From the NCBI RefSeq assembly GCF_000737315.1, contig NZ_JMCB01000020.1:166253-230252 (forward strand): a stretch of DNA of 64,000 bases. Direction: 5' to 3'. Shown here one piece after another: positions 18,750 to 28,362 of this stretch; the first letter of the stretch is position 1; every line of letters begins with the position of its first letter. Below the pieces are notes generated by a model. The model searched no databases, had not been told where the DNA came from, and saw only the letters and a program-made list of their open reading frames with translations. The DNA is from Hyalangium minutum. GTDB taxonomy: Bacteria > Myxococcota > Myxococcia > Myxococcales > Myxococcaceae. A program made the position numbers and the translations under genes.

Positions 18750-19970
18750 TCAGGTGAGCATGGGCGGCTCGAGCTCCACCTTGAGCCAGCCCGGCTTGCG
18801 CAGGTCGAAGTTGCGGTAGGCGTCGATGGCGCTCGTGATGGACTCCACGCGCGAGAGGATGGCGGTGGGGTCCACTTCTCCGGTGCGCACCAGCTCCAGC
18901 AGCTTGGGGATGTACTTGCGGTGGTTGCAGTTGCCCATCCGCAGGGTGAGGTTCTTGTTCATCGCCTCGCCGATGGGGAACGTGCGGGCCGTCTGCGGGT
19001 AGACGCCGATGATGGACAGCGTGCCTGCCTTGGCCAGGGCCTGCACGGCCCACAGCAGCGCCTGCGCGGGCGCGTCGCCGGGCACCCAGTTGCCGCCGTC
19101 CGGGTTCGTCTTGGGCGCCACCTCCTTCACCTCGCGCTTGAACTCGGCGGCCTCCTTCTTGGCCTCCTTGGCCGCGGGCCCATGGTGCGGGTGCATGGCG
19201 TCCACGCCCACCGCATCAATGGCCCGGTCCACGCCGATGCCGCCAGTGAGCCGGCGCAGCGTCTCCACGGGGTCCTCCTGCTCGAAGTGGATGATCTCGG
19301 CGCCCTGGGTCCGGGCCATTTCCAGCCGGTCCTCGAAGCAGTCGATGGCGAACACGCGGCCGGCGCCCAGCAGCTTGGCGCTCACGATGGCGAACTGGCC
19401 CACCGGCCCGCAGCCGAACACGGCCACGGTGTCGCCGGGTTTGATCTCCGCCAGCTCCGCGCCGAAGTAGCCCGTGGGGAAGATGTCCGACACGAGGATG
19501 GCCTGCTCATCCGTGACGCCCTCGGGGATGCGCACCAGGCCTACGTGGGCGAACGGCACGCGCACCTTCTCCGCCTGCATGCCGTGGAAGGGCCCGGTCA
19601 TCATCGGGCCGCCGAAGAAGGCGGTGCCCGCCAGCGGGCCCTGGGGGTTGGCCTCGTTGCACTGTGCGTAGTAGCCGGAGCGGCAGTACACGCAGCTTCC
19701 GCACGCGATGGTGGAGGGGATGACGACGCGATCTCCCACGGAGAAGTTGCGCACGTCCTCGCCCAGCTCCTCGATGTAGCCGACGCCCTCGTGGCCGAGG
19801 ATGGTGCCCGGCTTCATGCCCGGCAGGGTGCCGCGAATCATGTGCAGGTCCGTGCCGCAGATGGCACTGGCACTCAGGCGCACGATGGCGTCCGTGGGCT
19901 TCTCAATCCTGGGCTCCTCGACGTCATCGAGCCGGATGTCCCCGATTCCATGGAAAACGACGGCTTTCAT
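18750..19970 (-). CDS. Zinc-dependent alcohol dehydrogenase (glutathione-independent formaldehyde dehydrogenase-like)
   Basis: ICGTDLH, GHEGVG, CGSCVYC...C, LVSDIFPTG, GCGPVG. Confidence 0.9.
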   Translation of the reverse strand: MKAVVFHGIGDIRLDDVEEPRIEKPTDAIVRLSASAICGTDLHMIRGTLPGMKPGTILGHEGVGYIEELGEDVRNFSVGDRVVIPSTIACGSCVYCRSGYYAQCNEANPQGPLAGTAFFGGPMMTGPFHGMQAEKVRVPFAHVGLVRIPEGVTDEQAILVSDIFPTGYFGAELAEIKPGDTVAVFGCGPVGQFAIVSAKLLGAGRVFAIDCFEDRLEMARTQGAEIIHFEQEDPVETLRRLTGGIGVDRAIDAVGVDAMHPHHGPAAKEAKKEAAEFKREVKEVAPKTNPDGGNWVPGDAPAQALLWAVQALAKAGTLSIIGVYPQTARTFPIGEAMNKNLTLRMGNCNHRKYIPKLLELVRTGEVDPTAILSRVESITSAIDAYRNFDLRKPGWLKVELEPPMLT

Positions 19971-20118
19971 CGCGCGCGACTCCTTCCCCAGTAGGGCGCT
20001 GTGGTGCGAAGGGCCTCGTCCACACGGCGAGTCCCTGCGCCTTGGAGCGTGGCCATCCACGGAAGGAGGGGCAAAGCGCGGAGCCGCCCTCTCTGGAGGG
20101 CAGGGAGGGGAGCGGGCG

Positions 20119-21621
20119 CTAGCGGCTGACGTGGAAGAAGAGCCGCTTGCCGAAGACGCTGCGGAAGTTGTTCGTCTGCCGCTCCGCGTTCCACAGCTCC
20201 AGGTCCAGCGGCTGCTTGGTGCGCAGGTGGAGCGTGACACCCTCGCGGCCCTGGGAGGCCTTGAGCTCCTTGATGGCCTGCTGGTGGCTGTGGTCCAGCG
20301 CGTTGGCCACGCGCAGCAGGGTGGCGAGCTTGCGCACCGTGCGCGCCTCGGAGGGGAGCAGCCCCTCCATCCCGGAGTGCCTCAAGTCGGGCGCGCTGCG
20401 GCGGTGGTAGCGGGCCACGCGGGCCACCAGCTCGCGCTCGCGCTCGGAGAGGCCGGGGAGGTCCGCGTGGTGGATGAGGTAGTACGTGTGCTTGTGGTGG
20501 CGCTCGTAGTTCACCGCGAGGCCGATGTCGTGCAGCAACGCGGCTACTTCGAGGTAGGGCCGGGTGGACAGCGGCAGCTGGTGCAGCGCCGCGAGCTGAT
20601 CGAAGAGGGTGAGCGCGAGCCGGGCCACCTGACGCGCGTGCTTCTCGTCGAAGTAGAAGCGCTGGCCGATGGCGAGCACCGCGTCCGTGAGGCTGGAGTC
20701 ATCCCTCGAGGTGTCCTGCCGGTAGAGCAGGTCCACGAGCAGGCCATCGCGCAGGCCGCGGTTGACGGCGGCCACCGCGTCCACGCCCAGGTGCTTCACC
20801 ACGCCCTCGAGGATGATGGCGCCGGAGACGATGATGTCCGCGCGGCGCGGATCAAAGCGCTTGCGGCGGCGCTCGGGAGGCATCTCCGCCAGGGTCTCCA
20901 CGGCGTGGGAGAGCTGCCGCGCGGAGGCGATGCCCGCGTTGTCGCTGGCGGCGAAGGACACCACGGCGTTGATGGTGCCAGAGGAGCCGAGCGCCACGCG
21001 GGGCAGCCGGGGGAGCTTCTCCGGGAGCGTCTTGCGGACCACCTCGGCCACGAAGCTGCGGATGAGTCGCAGCTGCTTGGGCGTCAGGGTGCGCGAGGCG
21101 TTGAACACCTCGGTGAGCCGCACGGCACCGAGCGCGAGGCTCCAGAGGTTGTCGGGCTTCTCGCCGGTGGCGGTGGCGACCTCGGTGGAGCCGCCGCCAA
21201 TGTCCACGAGCAGGGAGCGGGTGCTGGGCGGCTTGCGGTGGAGCACGCCCAGGCAGATGAGGCGCGCCTCCTCCTTGCCGCTCACCACTTCGAGATCCAA
21301 TCCCGCCTCTTCGCGCACGCGGCGGACGATCTCGGCACTGTTGCGGGCTTCGCGGAGGGCGCTGGTGGCCACGGCGCGGACGCGGGCCTTGTGGCGGCGG
21401 CACAAGGCGGCGTAGCGGCGCAGGGTGGACAGCAGCCGGTCCGCGGTCTCGCGCGGCATGGAGCCGGTGGCGAAGACGCCCTCTCCGGGGCGGATGGGGT
21501 CTCGCTCCTGGTGGAGCGTCTCGAGCGCTCCATCGGGGTCGGGCCGGGCGAGCTCCAGCCGGACGGCATTGGTACCCACGTCGATGGCGGCGAGGACGGG
21601 CGGAAGGGCAGGGGAGGGCAT
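20119..21621 (-). CDS. ppx: Exopolyphosphatase Ppx/GppA family
   Basis: AAIDVGTNA, ATSALREA, EEARL, DIGGGSTE, C-terminal HD region HDIG; divergent from ppk1. Confidence 0.9.
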   Translation of the reverse strand: MPSPALPPVLAAIDVGTNAVRLELARPDPDGALETLHQERDPIRPGEGVFATGSMPRETADRLLSTLRRYAALCRRHKARVRAVATSALREARNSAEIVRRVREEAGLDLEVVSGKEEARLICLGVLHRKPPSTRSLLVDIGGGSTEVATATGEKPDNLWSLALGAVRLTEVFNASRTLTPKQLRLIRSFVAEVVRKTLPEKLPRLPRVALGSSGTINAVVSFAASDNAGIASARQLSHAVETLAEMPPERRRKRFDPRRADIIVSGAIILEGVVKHLGVDAVAAVNRGLRDGLLVDLLYRQDTSRDDSSLTDAVLAIGQRFYFDEKHARQVARLALTLFDQLAALHQLPLSTRPYLEVAALLHDIGLAVNYERHHKHTYYLIHHADLPGLSERERELVARVARYHRRSAPDLRHSGMEGLLPSEARTVRKLATLLRVANALDHSHQQAIKELKASQGREGVTLHLRTKQPLDLELWNAERQTNNFRSVFGKRLFFHVSR

Positions 21622-21733
21622 GGCCGAGGGGAGCAGTGTAGCGTTTCGAACCCTGGTGTACGGAATTCATGCCAGGGGGGAGGTCAAAGTAGGCTCTATC
21701 GTGACATCCCCGTGACGTGACGTGGGGGGTTCC

Positions 21734-23923
21734 ATGCAAGAGTCTGGCACCGTGGATCTCAACGACCCCCAGCTCTTCATCAACCGCGAGCTGTCCTGGC
21801 TCGCTTTCAACGCGCGGGTGCTCGCGGACGTGAAGGACGTGAGCCTGCCGATTTACGAGCGGCTGAAGTTCTTCGCCATCACCACCTCGAACCTGGACGA
21901 GTTCTTCATGGTTCGGGTGGCGGGCCTGAAGCAGCAGCTGGCCAGCGGGGTGGCGGAGACGGCGGCGGACGGCATGCTGCCGGCGGATCAGCTGGCGGCC
22001 ATCAGCGATCGCGTGCACGCCATGGTGGATGATGTGTACCGGGTGTGGCGGGAGGAGCTGCTGCCGAAGCTGGCCTCGCACGGGGTGGCGGTGCTGACGC
22101 GGGACAAGCTGACGGCGGAGCAGAAGGCGGCGGCGAAAACGTACTTCACCTCTTCGGTGTTCCCGGCGCTGACGCCGCTGGCGGTGGATCCGGGGCACCC
22201 GTTCCCGCACCTGCGGAACAAGTCGCTGAACGTGGCGGTGCTGCTGCGGCGCGAGGGCCCCAAGCGCAAGCGCAACGTGCGGGAGACATCGCTGGCGGTG
22301 GTGCAGGTGCCGAGCGTGCTCAGCCGTCTGGTGTCGCTGCCGCCGCTGCAGGGGACGATGTTGGCGGTGCTGCCGCTGGAGGAGCTGATCTCCCTGTGCG
22401 CGGCGGACCTGTTCCCTGGGTACGCGGTGGAGCAGACGGCGTCCTTCCGCGTGACGCGCAACTGGGACTTGAACGTGGACGAGGAGGAGAGCGCGGACTT
22501 GCTCTCCACCATCCAGGAGGAGCTGCGGCGGCGGGACCGTGGCGCGGCGGTGCGGCTGGAGCTGGATGCGGCGGCGAGCGCGGAGCTGGAGACGGCGCTG
22601 ACAGCGGCGCTGAAGCTGGGGACGCCGGACGTGTATCGCCTGCAGGGGCCGCTGCAGCCGTCGGATCTGATGATGCTGACGGACCTGGACGCGCGGCCGG
22701 AGCTGCGGGTGGAGCCGTTCGTGCCGGCGGTGCCTCCGGCGCTGCGGGACGAAGATCCGGTGATGAGCGTCATCGCCAAGCGGGACATCCTGCTGCACCA
22801 CCCCTACGAGTCGTTTGATCCGGTGGTGCGGTTCCTGGAGGAGGCGGCGGAGGATCCGAACGTCCTGGCCATCAAGCAGACGCTGTACAGGACGAGCGGA
22901 GACAGTCCGATTGCGCGGGCGCTGACGCGGGCGGTGGAGAACGGCAAGCAGGTGGCGGTGCTGGTGGAGATCAAGGCGCGGCTGGACGAGGCGAACAACA
23001 TCGCCTGGGCGCGGCGGATGGAGGAGAGCGGAGTGCACGTGGTCTACGGGCTGATTGGCCTGAAGACGCACTGCAAGGTGGCGCTGGTGGTGCGGCGCGA
23101 GGGCAACGGCATCCGGCGGTACGTGCACTTGGGGACGGGGAACTACAACCCGACGACGGCGCGGCAATACACGGACCTGTCGCTGTTCACGGCGCGGCAG
23201 GAGATTGCCGAGGATGTGACGGCGCTGTTCAACATGCTGACGGGGTACTCGACGGCGCCGCAGTGGAAGCGGCTGTCAGTGGCGCCGGTGGGGTTGCAGG
23301 AGAAGGTGCTGGGGCTGATCCAGCGGGAGACGGAGAAGGCGAAGAAGGGGGAGTCGGCGCGGATCGTGGCGAAGATGAACTCGCTGGTGGACGCGAGCGT
23401 CATCAAGGCGCTGTACGCGGCGAGCCAGGCGGGGGTGAAGATCGAGCTGTTGGTGCGCGGCATCTGCTGCCTGCGGCCTGGGGTGCCGGGGGTGAGCGAG
23501 AACATCCGGGTGACGAGCGTGGTGGATCGCTTCCTGGAGCACAGCCGGGTGTTCGCGTTCGGGGAGGGGGCGCAGACGGAGGTGTGGGCGTCGAGCGCGG
23601 ACTGGATGCCGCGGAACTTCGTGCGGCGCATCGAGACGATGTTCCCAGTGGAGGACCCGGCGTTGCGCCAGCGGCTGTTGGACGAGGTGCTGGGGGTGGG
23701 GCTGAAGGACAACGTGAAGGCGCGGCGGCTTCAGCGGGACGGCTCGTACGTGCCGGTGGGGCAGGAGGGAGCGCCGGTGCGCAGCCAGGTGGTGTTGCTG
23801 GAGCTGGCGCGGCGGGTGGTGGACCCGAAGCCCATCGAGTCGCTGATCCGGCACGCGGCGGCACCGGAGCTGCCCGCCGAGACGCTGCGCTCGCCCACGG
23901 CGCCGGTGCCTCCGGCGTCGTGA
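21734..23923 (+). CDS. ppk1: Polyphosphate kinase 1
   Basis: INRELSWL.FN.RV, NLDEFFMVRVAGL, LHHPYESF, TLYRTS, KTHCK, RFLEHSR. Confidence 0.96.
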   Translation: MQESGTVDLNDPQLFINRELSWLAFNARVLADVKDVSLPIYERLKFFAITTSNLDEFFMVRVAGLKQQLASGVAETAADGMLPADQLAAISDRVHAMVDDVYRVWREELLPKLASHGVAVLTRDKLTAEQKAAAKTYFTSSVFPALTPLAVDPGHPFPHLRNKSLNVAVLLRREGPKRKRNVRETSLAVVQVPSVLSRLVSLPPLQGTMLAVLPLEELISLCAADLFPGYAVEQTASFRVTRNWDLNVDEEESADLLSTIQEELRRRDRGAAVRLELDAAASAELETALTAALKLGTPDVYRLQGPLQPSDLMMLTDLDARPELRVEPFVPAVPPALRDEDPVMSVIAKRDILLHHPYESFDPVVRFLEEAAEDPNVLAIKQTLYRTSGDSPIARALTRAVENGKQVAVLVEIKARLDEANNIAWARRMEESGVHVVYGLIGLKTHCKVALVVRREGNGIRRYVHLGTGNYNPTTARQYTDLSLFTARQEIAEDVTALFNMLTGYSTAPQWKRLSVAPVGLQEKVLGLIQRETEKAKKGESARIVAKMNSLVDASVIKALYAASQAGVKIELLVRGICCLRPGVPGVSENIRVTSVVDRFLEHSRVFAFGEGAQTEVWASSADWMPRNFVRRIETMFPVEDPALRQRLLDEVLGVGLKDNVKARRLQRDGSYVPVGQEGAPVRSQVVLLELARRVVDPKPIESLIRHAAAPELPAETLRSPTAPVPPAS

Positions 23924-23965
23924 GAGGCACTGTACCGGGGCCTGGGGAGATCTACCGGGGGCCCA

Positions 23966-23999
23966 GGCGAGGGAGGGGGGCTTCACCCCTCCCCACGCC
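23966..23999. terminator. GC-rich hairpin between ppk1 and the convergent lipoprotein gene
   Basis: GGCGAGGGAGGGG..CCCCTCCCCACGCC imperfect stem. Confidence 0.4.
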
Positions 24000-24005
24000 G
24001 GAGTG

Positions 24006-25520
24006 CTACTCCTTGACGCCGGAGATGAAGTTGCTGGCCTCAACCGCAGGGTATGCATGCTCCTTCAGAAAGCACGCGGACGTACTGGGGACGTACGTGT
24101 AAGCGCGGCACCGTTGCTGGTTAGCGCAGGCGACCTGGCATTCCTCGACACCACTATGTGTCGTGATCTGGCCGTAGTCCCCGCCCCTGCGATCCTTGCC
24201 GGATTCCTGGGTGAAGGTGACGCTGCAAGTTGGCGTCATGGACGCCTCGAAGGTCTTGGTGGAGGACAACCCCAGCGCGTTGCTAACCTTGATCTTGATA
24301 GTGGGCACTGTGCCGGGCAACGTGCAAGCGGGCGCGGTCCAGATCACTTCACTCTCCAGGGCGCTCTCCGAGGGGGGCGACAACGTGCCTGCGGATTCCT
24401 TCCAGTGGAAGGAGAGGGAACTGCCCTGGGGATCCTGCGCGCGCACCCGGAAGACGATGGTTCCTCCAGGAGCCACGTTTCGGAGGGACTGGAAGGTCTC
24501 TACCACCTCGGGCGGCAACTGCACGGCCGGCCTGGGCCCCACGCAGAGGGTGAGCGTGCCCGTGGCCGTGCCCTCACGGCCATCGTTCGCGGTCACTGTG
24601 AGAGAGCAGGGCTCGCAGGTGTTTCCGCCCGAAGTCATGGTGGGCGTGAAGGTGGCCGGGTTCGAGGTCTCCTGTGACCAGGTGCCTTCGCACGAGGCGC
24701 TCCATCTATAGGTGAGAGCGTCACCATCCTGGTCGCTGGCCATCGCCGTCAGCGTGGTGCTCTCACCCACCTCGACCACGGTGAAATCGGCGGAGACGTT
24801 CGTCACGCGGGGCCAGTTGTTGACCGAGATGTCGACCTCGGCCGCTCCGGTGGCGCTTCGGACCTGTATGGAGAAGGTCACCACCGTCTTGGCACCCTTG
24901 GAGTCCGTGACGGTCAGGGTCAGAGAAACGGAGCCGGTCTCCGCGGGCGCCGTCCACTGGGTGGAGGTGGAAGAGGGCGACTCAAAAGTCCCCGCGAGCG
25001 CCGTCCACGCATAGGTGAGGCTGTCGCCCGGGTTCGCGTCCGACGCGGCGGCGGTCAGCGTGAGGGTGTCTCCCGGCGTCACGGAGGCCGAGTTCGCCAC
25101 GAGCGAGGTAATGACGGGGGCCGCGTTCTCGAAGGGGGGCGTCGGTGACAACTCCTGGAGCGCCAGCATGAGGATGGTGGTTTGCCCCTCCTCGATGGAG
25201 ATGTCCGGGGCCAAGCCTGCATACAACCGGGTGCCAGTCGAGTCGAAAGCGGTCGCCTTGAAGGTCCGCCCCTGGCCTACGGGCAGCTCGCCCAGGATGC
25301 CTCCCCAATGGTTGCCCGTCTTCACGAGCATTTCGGTCCGGGGTTGCATGTCCGGAGCACTGACCTCTACCTCGACCTGGGCGATGTCCGCCATGGAGAC
25401 TGCTTGTTGGAGGCTCGCCAGCAGTTGCGCCCTGCCGGCGGGGGGTTGCATCTGGCAGCCCGTTACAGCAGCGCACATCAACAGTGAGAGTCCCAGGAGC
25501 CACTTGTCGTGAATGGCCAT
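24006..25520 (-). CDS. Lipoprotein with Ig/PKD-like domains and C-terminal PAN/Apple domain
   Basis: Lipobox VTGC; repeated A.D..GD.LTY.W units; CQVACANQQRCRAYTYVPSTSACFLKE PAN signature. Confidence 0.8.
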   Translation of the reverse strand: MAIHDKWLLGLSLLMCAAVTGCQMQPPAGRAQLLASLQQAVSMADIAQVEVEVSAPDMQPRTEMLVKTGNHWGGILGELPVGQGRTFKATAFDSTGTRLYAGLAPDISIEEGQTTILMLALQELSPTPPFENAAPVITSLVANSASVTPGDTLTLTAAASDANPGDSLTYAWTALAGTFESPSSTSTQWTAPAETGSVSLTLTVTDSKGAKTVVTFSIQVRSATGAAEVDISVNNWPRVTNVSADFTVVEVGESTTLTAMASDQDGDALTYRWSASCEGTWSQETSNPATFTPTMTSGGNTCEPCSLTVTANDGREGTATGTLTLCVGPRPAVQLPPEVVETFQSLRNVAPGGTIVFRVRAQDPQGSSLSFHWKESAGTLSPPSESALESEVIWTAPACTLPGTVPTIKIKVSNALGLSSTKTFEASMTPTCSVTFTQESGKDRRGGDYGQITTHSGVEECQVACANQQRCRAYTYVPSTSACFLKEHAYPAVEASNFISGVKE

Positions 25521-25714
25521 TGTTCTTCCTTCCCTTGCGTGAGAGGAGCCAGGTGTTCGCGTTGGTCAGGGAGGGGCTCTTGGCCCCCCTGACGCCGCGA
25601 ACTCTCTGACGAAGGTCCCTGCTGACGCTGTGAGGCGGCTCGCTCCGCGCTCATGAACTCGTTCACTGCGCCTGCGGCCGTGTCGCCAGCGGGGAAGGTC
25701 TTTCGGTGTCGCCG

Positions 25715-26839
25715 CTACCGCCGGTGCCGCCGTCCGATGAAGTTCGCGAAGCCCTCCGCGAGGCGCGCTCCAGCCAGCCCCAGGATGTCCAGCAGCCACG
25801 CCTGCAGCCCTGTGCGTGCGCAGTCTTCCAGGAAGATGGCCCGCGCCGTCTTCAGGTGCTTGTCCAGCCACGCCGTGGCTTGCGCCGCCACCCTCTCGTC
25901 CTCCACGTCCACCAGCGTCTCCAGGTTCACCATCGACAGGGGATCCAGGTTGAAGCTGCCCACCAGCAGCCGCCTCCCGTCCACCACCGCCGCCTTCGCG
26001 TGCAGCGTGGAGTCCATCCACTCGTGGATGTGCACCCCACGTTTCAAGAAGTACCGGTACAGCCGCATCGTCGCCGCCCGAGCGAACGGCACGTCACTGC
26101 GGCCCGTGAGCAGCAGGTGCACCGACACGCCCCGCTTCGCCGCTTTCGTCAGCGCCCGCATGAAGCCCTGATCCGGCAGGAAGTACGCGTGCGCCAGCAC
26201 CACCGTGTGCTTCGCCTGCTTCAGCGCCTGCAGGTAGCGCTTCCGCAGCCGCCCTCCACCGCCAAATCCCGATAGCAGCACCCGCACCGGCCCCGAGGTT
26301 AGCTCCACTCGGCCCGCCTGCAGCTTCGCCCCCAGCTGCACGCAGATGTCCCCGCGCAACTCCAGCACCAGGTCCGCCCACCCCGGATTGCCCTCCGAGC
26401 CTCGGTACTCGTCGCCGATGTTCACTCCGCCGATGAAGGCCACCTGCTCGTCCACCAGCAGAATCTTCCGGTGGTTGCGCCACGCCCGGCCCGTGAAGAT
26501 CGACGTCAGCGGGTTGTAGATGCGCACCTTCGCCCCGGCCGCCCGCAGCGTCGCCCGCAGCGGGCCGCTCTCGCCGATGCTGCCCCAGCCATCGACGATG
26601 ACCTTCACCTCCACGCCTCGCAGTGCCGCCGCCGTGAGCGCCGCCAGGAACAGCGAGCCCACCCCCTCGCGCTCGAAGGTGTAGACCTCCAGGTGCACCC
26701 GCCGCGTGGCCGCCTCGATGGCCGCCAGCATGCGCGGATACGCCTCGGCGCCGCCGTCCAGCAGCGTCACCGGGTCGCCAGCGCCCTCTGCTCTGGGGCT
26801 AGGCGCGGGCACCACCGTGAGTGAAGGTTCAGGGGACAA
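25715..26839 (-). CDS. Cardiolipin synthase-like phospholipase D (ClsB type)
   Basis: Two HKD motifs: NHRKILLVD and LHAKAAVVD..GSFN. Confidence 0.88.
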   Translation of the reverse strand: MSPEPSLTVVPAPSPRAEGAGDPVTLLDGGAEAYPRMLAAIEAATRRVHLEVYTFEREGVGSLFLAALTAAALRGVEVKVIVDGWGSIGESGPLRATLRAAGAKVRIYNPLTSIFTGRAWRNHRKILLVDEQVAFIGGVNIGDEYRGSEGNPGWADLVLELRGDICVQLGAKLQAGRVELTSGPVRVLLSGFGGGGRLRKRYLQALKQAKHTVVLAHAYFLPDQGFMRALTKAAKRGVSVHLLLTGRSDVPFARAATMRLYRYFLKRGVHIHEWMDSTLHAKAAVVDGRRLLVGSFNLDPLSMVNLETLVDVEDERVAAQATAWLDKHLKTARAIFLEDCARTGLQAWLLDILGLAGARLAEGFANFIGRRHRR

Positions 26840-26887
26840 GGGTGTTGTTCTTGGAACTTTTTTCCACGGACAGAACGAGCGAGCGCG

Positions 26888-27082
26888 TCAGCTGTCGTGC
26901 TTGCGCGCGCCCTTACCCTGGCCCTTGTGGCGGCACTGGTCGCCATCCCAGTACTGGCTCGGGTGGCAGGACTTCTGAGCCTTGGCCGGCTTCACGACGG
27001 TCGTCCGGTCCCGGACCACGATGCAGCCTGGGAGCGAGAGCGAGAACAGCGCGACGACAGGCAGGAACAGTCGAAGGTTCAT
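26888..27082 (-). CDS. Small basic lipoprotein (64 aa)
   Basis: MNLRLFLPVVALFSLSLPGC lipobox; CHPSQYWDGDQC. Confidence 0.6.
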   Translation of the reverse strand: MNLRLFLPVVALFSLSLPGCIVVRDRTTVVKPAKAQKSCHPSQYWDGDQCRHKGQGKGARKHDS

Positions 27083-27193
27083 GGCGCGCAGCCTACCGGG
27101 AGTCGGCCCCAATGTGAGGGGCTGCTCGCTTCTCCGGCAGGAAGGCTTGCGCGGCTGTCGACGGTCCGCGAACAACTCGCTACCGTGCGGGCC

Positions 27194-28357
27194 GTGGCTG
27201 CCACGGACAGGGACAAGTTGGAGAAGGCGCCGACCAAGCATCGGAAGATCGGCGCGTACCGCGTACTCGGGGAACTGGGTCGCGGAGGCATGGCCCAGGT
27301 GTACAAGGGCCTCCACGAGACCATCCAGCGCGAGGTGGCCATCAAGGAACTGCTCCCGGACGCCCAGAAGGACAAGGAGTCCTTGTCCCGCTTCCACCGC
27401 GAGGCGCTCGCTCTGGCTGCCTTCCGGCACCAGAACATCGTCACGCTCTATGACCTGGTGGAGAAGAACGACTCGCTCTTCATGGTCATGGAGTACGTGG
27501 ATGGGCCCACGCTCCAGGATCTCATCAAGGACGGGTATCTTCCTCCAGATGTTGCCGCCGTCGTCGGCGCGCGCATCGCCAGCGCGCTGGACCACGCGCA
27601 CTTCCGCCACATCATCCACCGCGACCTGAAGCCCGGGAACGTCATGCTCACCAAGACCGGTGAGGTGAAGCTGATGGACTTCGGCATCGCCAAGGACGTG
27701 GACCTGGTGGCGCTCACCCAGCAGGGCATGGCGGTGGGCACGCCGGCTTATATGTCTCCGGAGCAGGTGACGGGCGTGCAGCTGGATCCGCGCACGGACA
27801 TCTTCTCGCTCGGCGTGTTGCTCTACGAGGCGCTCACCGGCACGCGTCCCTTCCAGGGCAGGACGGCCGGAGAGATCTTCGCGAAGATCCGCGACGGAAA
27901 GTACACGCCGCTGGCCAAGGCGGCGCCCCACGTGCCCGCGCCGCTGGCCAACGTGGTGAAGCGGGCGCTCGAGGTGAGTCCGGAGAAGCGCTTCCCGGAC
28001 GCGGCGGCCATGCGGCGCGAGCTGGACCTGTTCCTCGCGCACGTGGTGAAGGTGTCCCACCCGGCGCTGCTGATGGGCTTCCTGCACCAGCGGCAGAAGC
28101 TCACGGAGACGGAGGCCCTGGCGCACCTGACGCACGCGGAGCTGGGCGTGCTCAAGGAGAACGCAGCCGAGCAGCGCTACCGGATGCCCACCGGCAAGCT
28201 CAAGTGGGTGGCCGCCGTGGTGCTGCTCAGCCTGGCCACCGCCACGGGTGTCTACCTCACCCAGGACAAGTGGGCGCCCGTGGTGGAGAAGAAGGTCGCG
28301 GACCAACCCGCTCCCGCGTCTCCGCCCGCGCCCACCCGCTCTCCGGGGAAGAAGTAG
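27194..28357 (+). CDS. Ser/Thr protein kinase with C-terminal TM
   Basis: LGRGGMAQVY, VAIK, HRDLKPGN, DFG, GTPAYMSPE; start uncertain (GTG 27194 or TTG 27218). Confidence 0.9.
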   Translation: MAATDRDKLEKAPTKHRKIGAYRVLGELGRGGMAQVYKGLHETIQREVAIKELLPDAQKDKESLSRFHREALALAAFRHQNIVTLYDLVEKNDSLFMVMEYVDGPTLQDLIKDGYLPPDVAAVVGARIASALDHAHFRHIIHRDLKPGNVMLTKTGEVKLMDFGIAKDVDLVALTQQGMAVGTPAYMSPEQVTGVQLDPRTDIFSLGVLLYEALTGTRPFQGRTAGEIFAKIRDGKYTPLAKAAPHVPAPLANVVKRALEVSPEKRFPDAAAMRRELDLFLAHVVKVSHPALLMGFLHQRQKLTETEALAHLTHAELGVLKENAAEQRYRMPTGKLKWVAAVVLLSLATATGVYLTQDKWAPVVEKKVADQPAPASPPAPTRSPGKK

Positions 28358-28362
28358 GAGGC

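Noticed and set aside
26897-27193. N-terminal extension of the kinase ORF with an apparent signal peptide
   Set aside because: Overlaps a better-supported antisense lipoprotein gene; kinase homology starts near 27240
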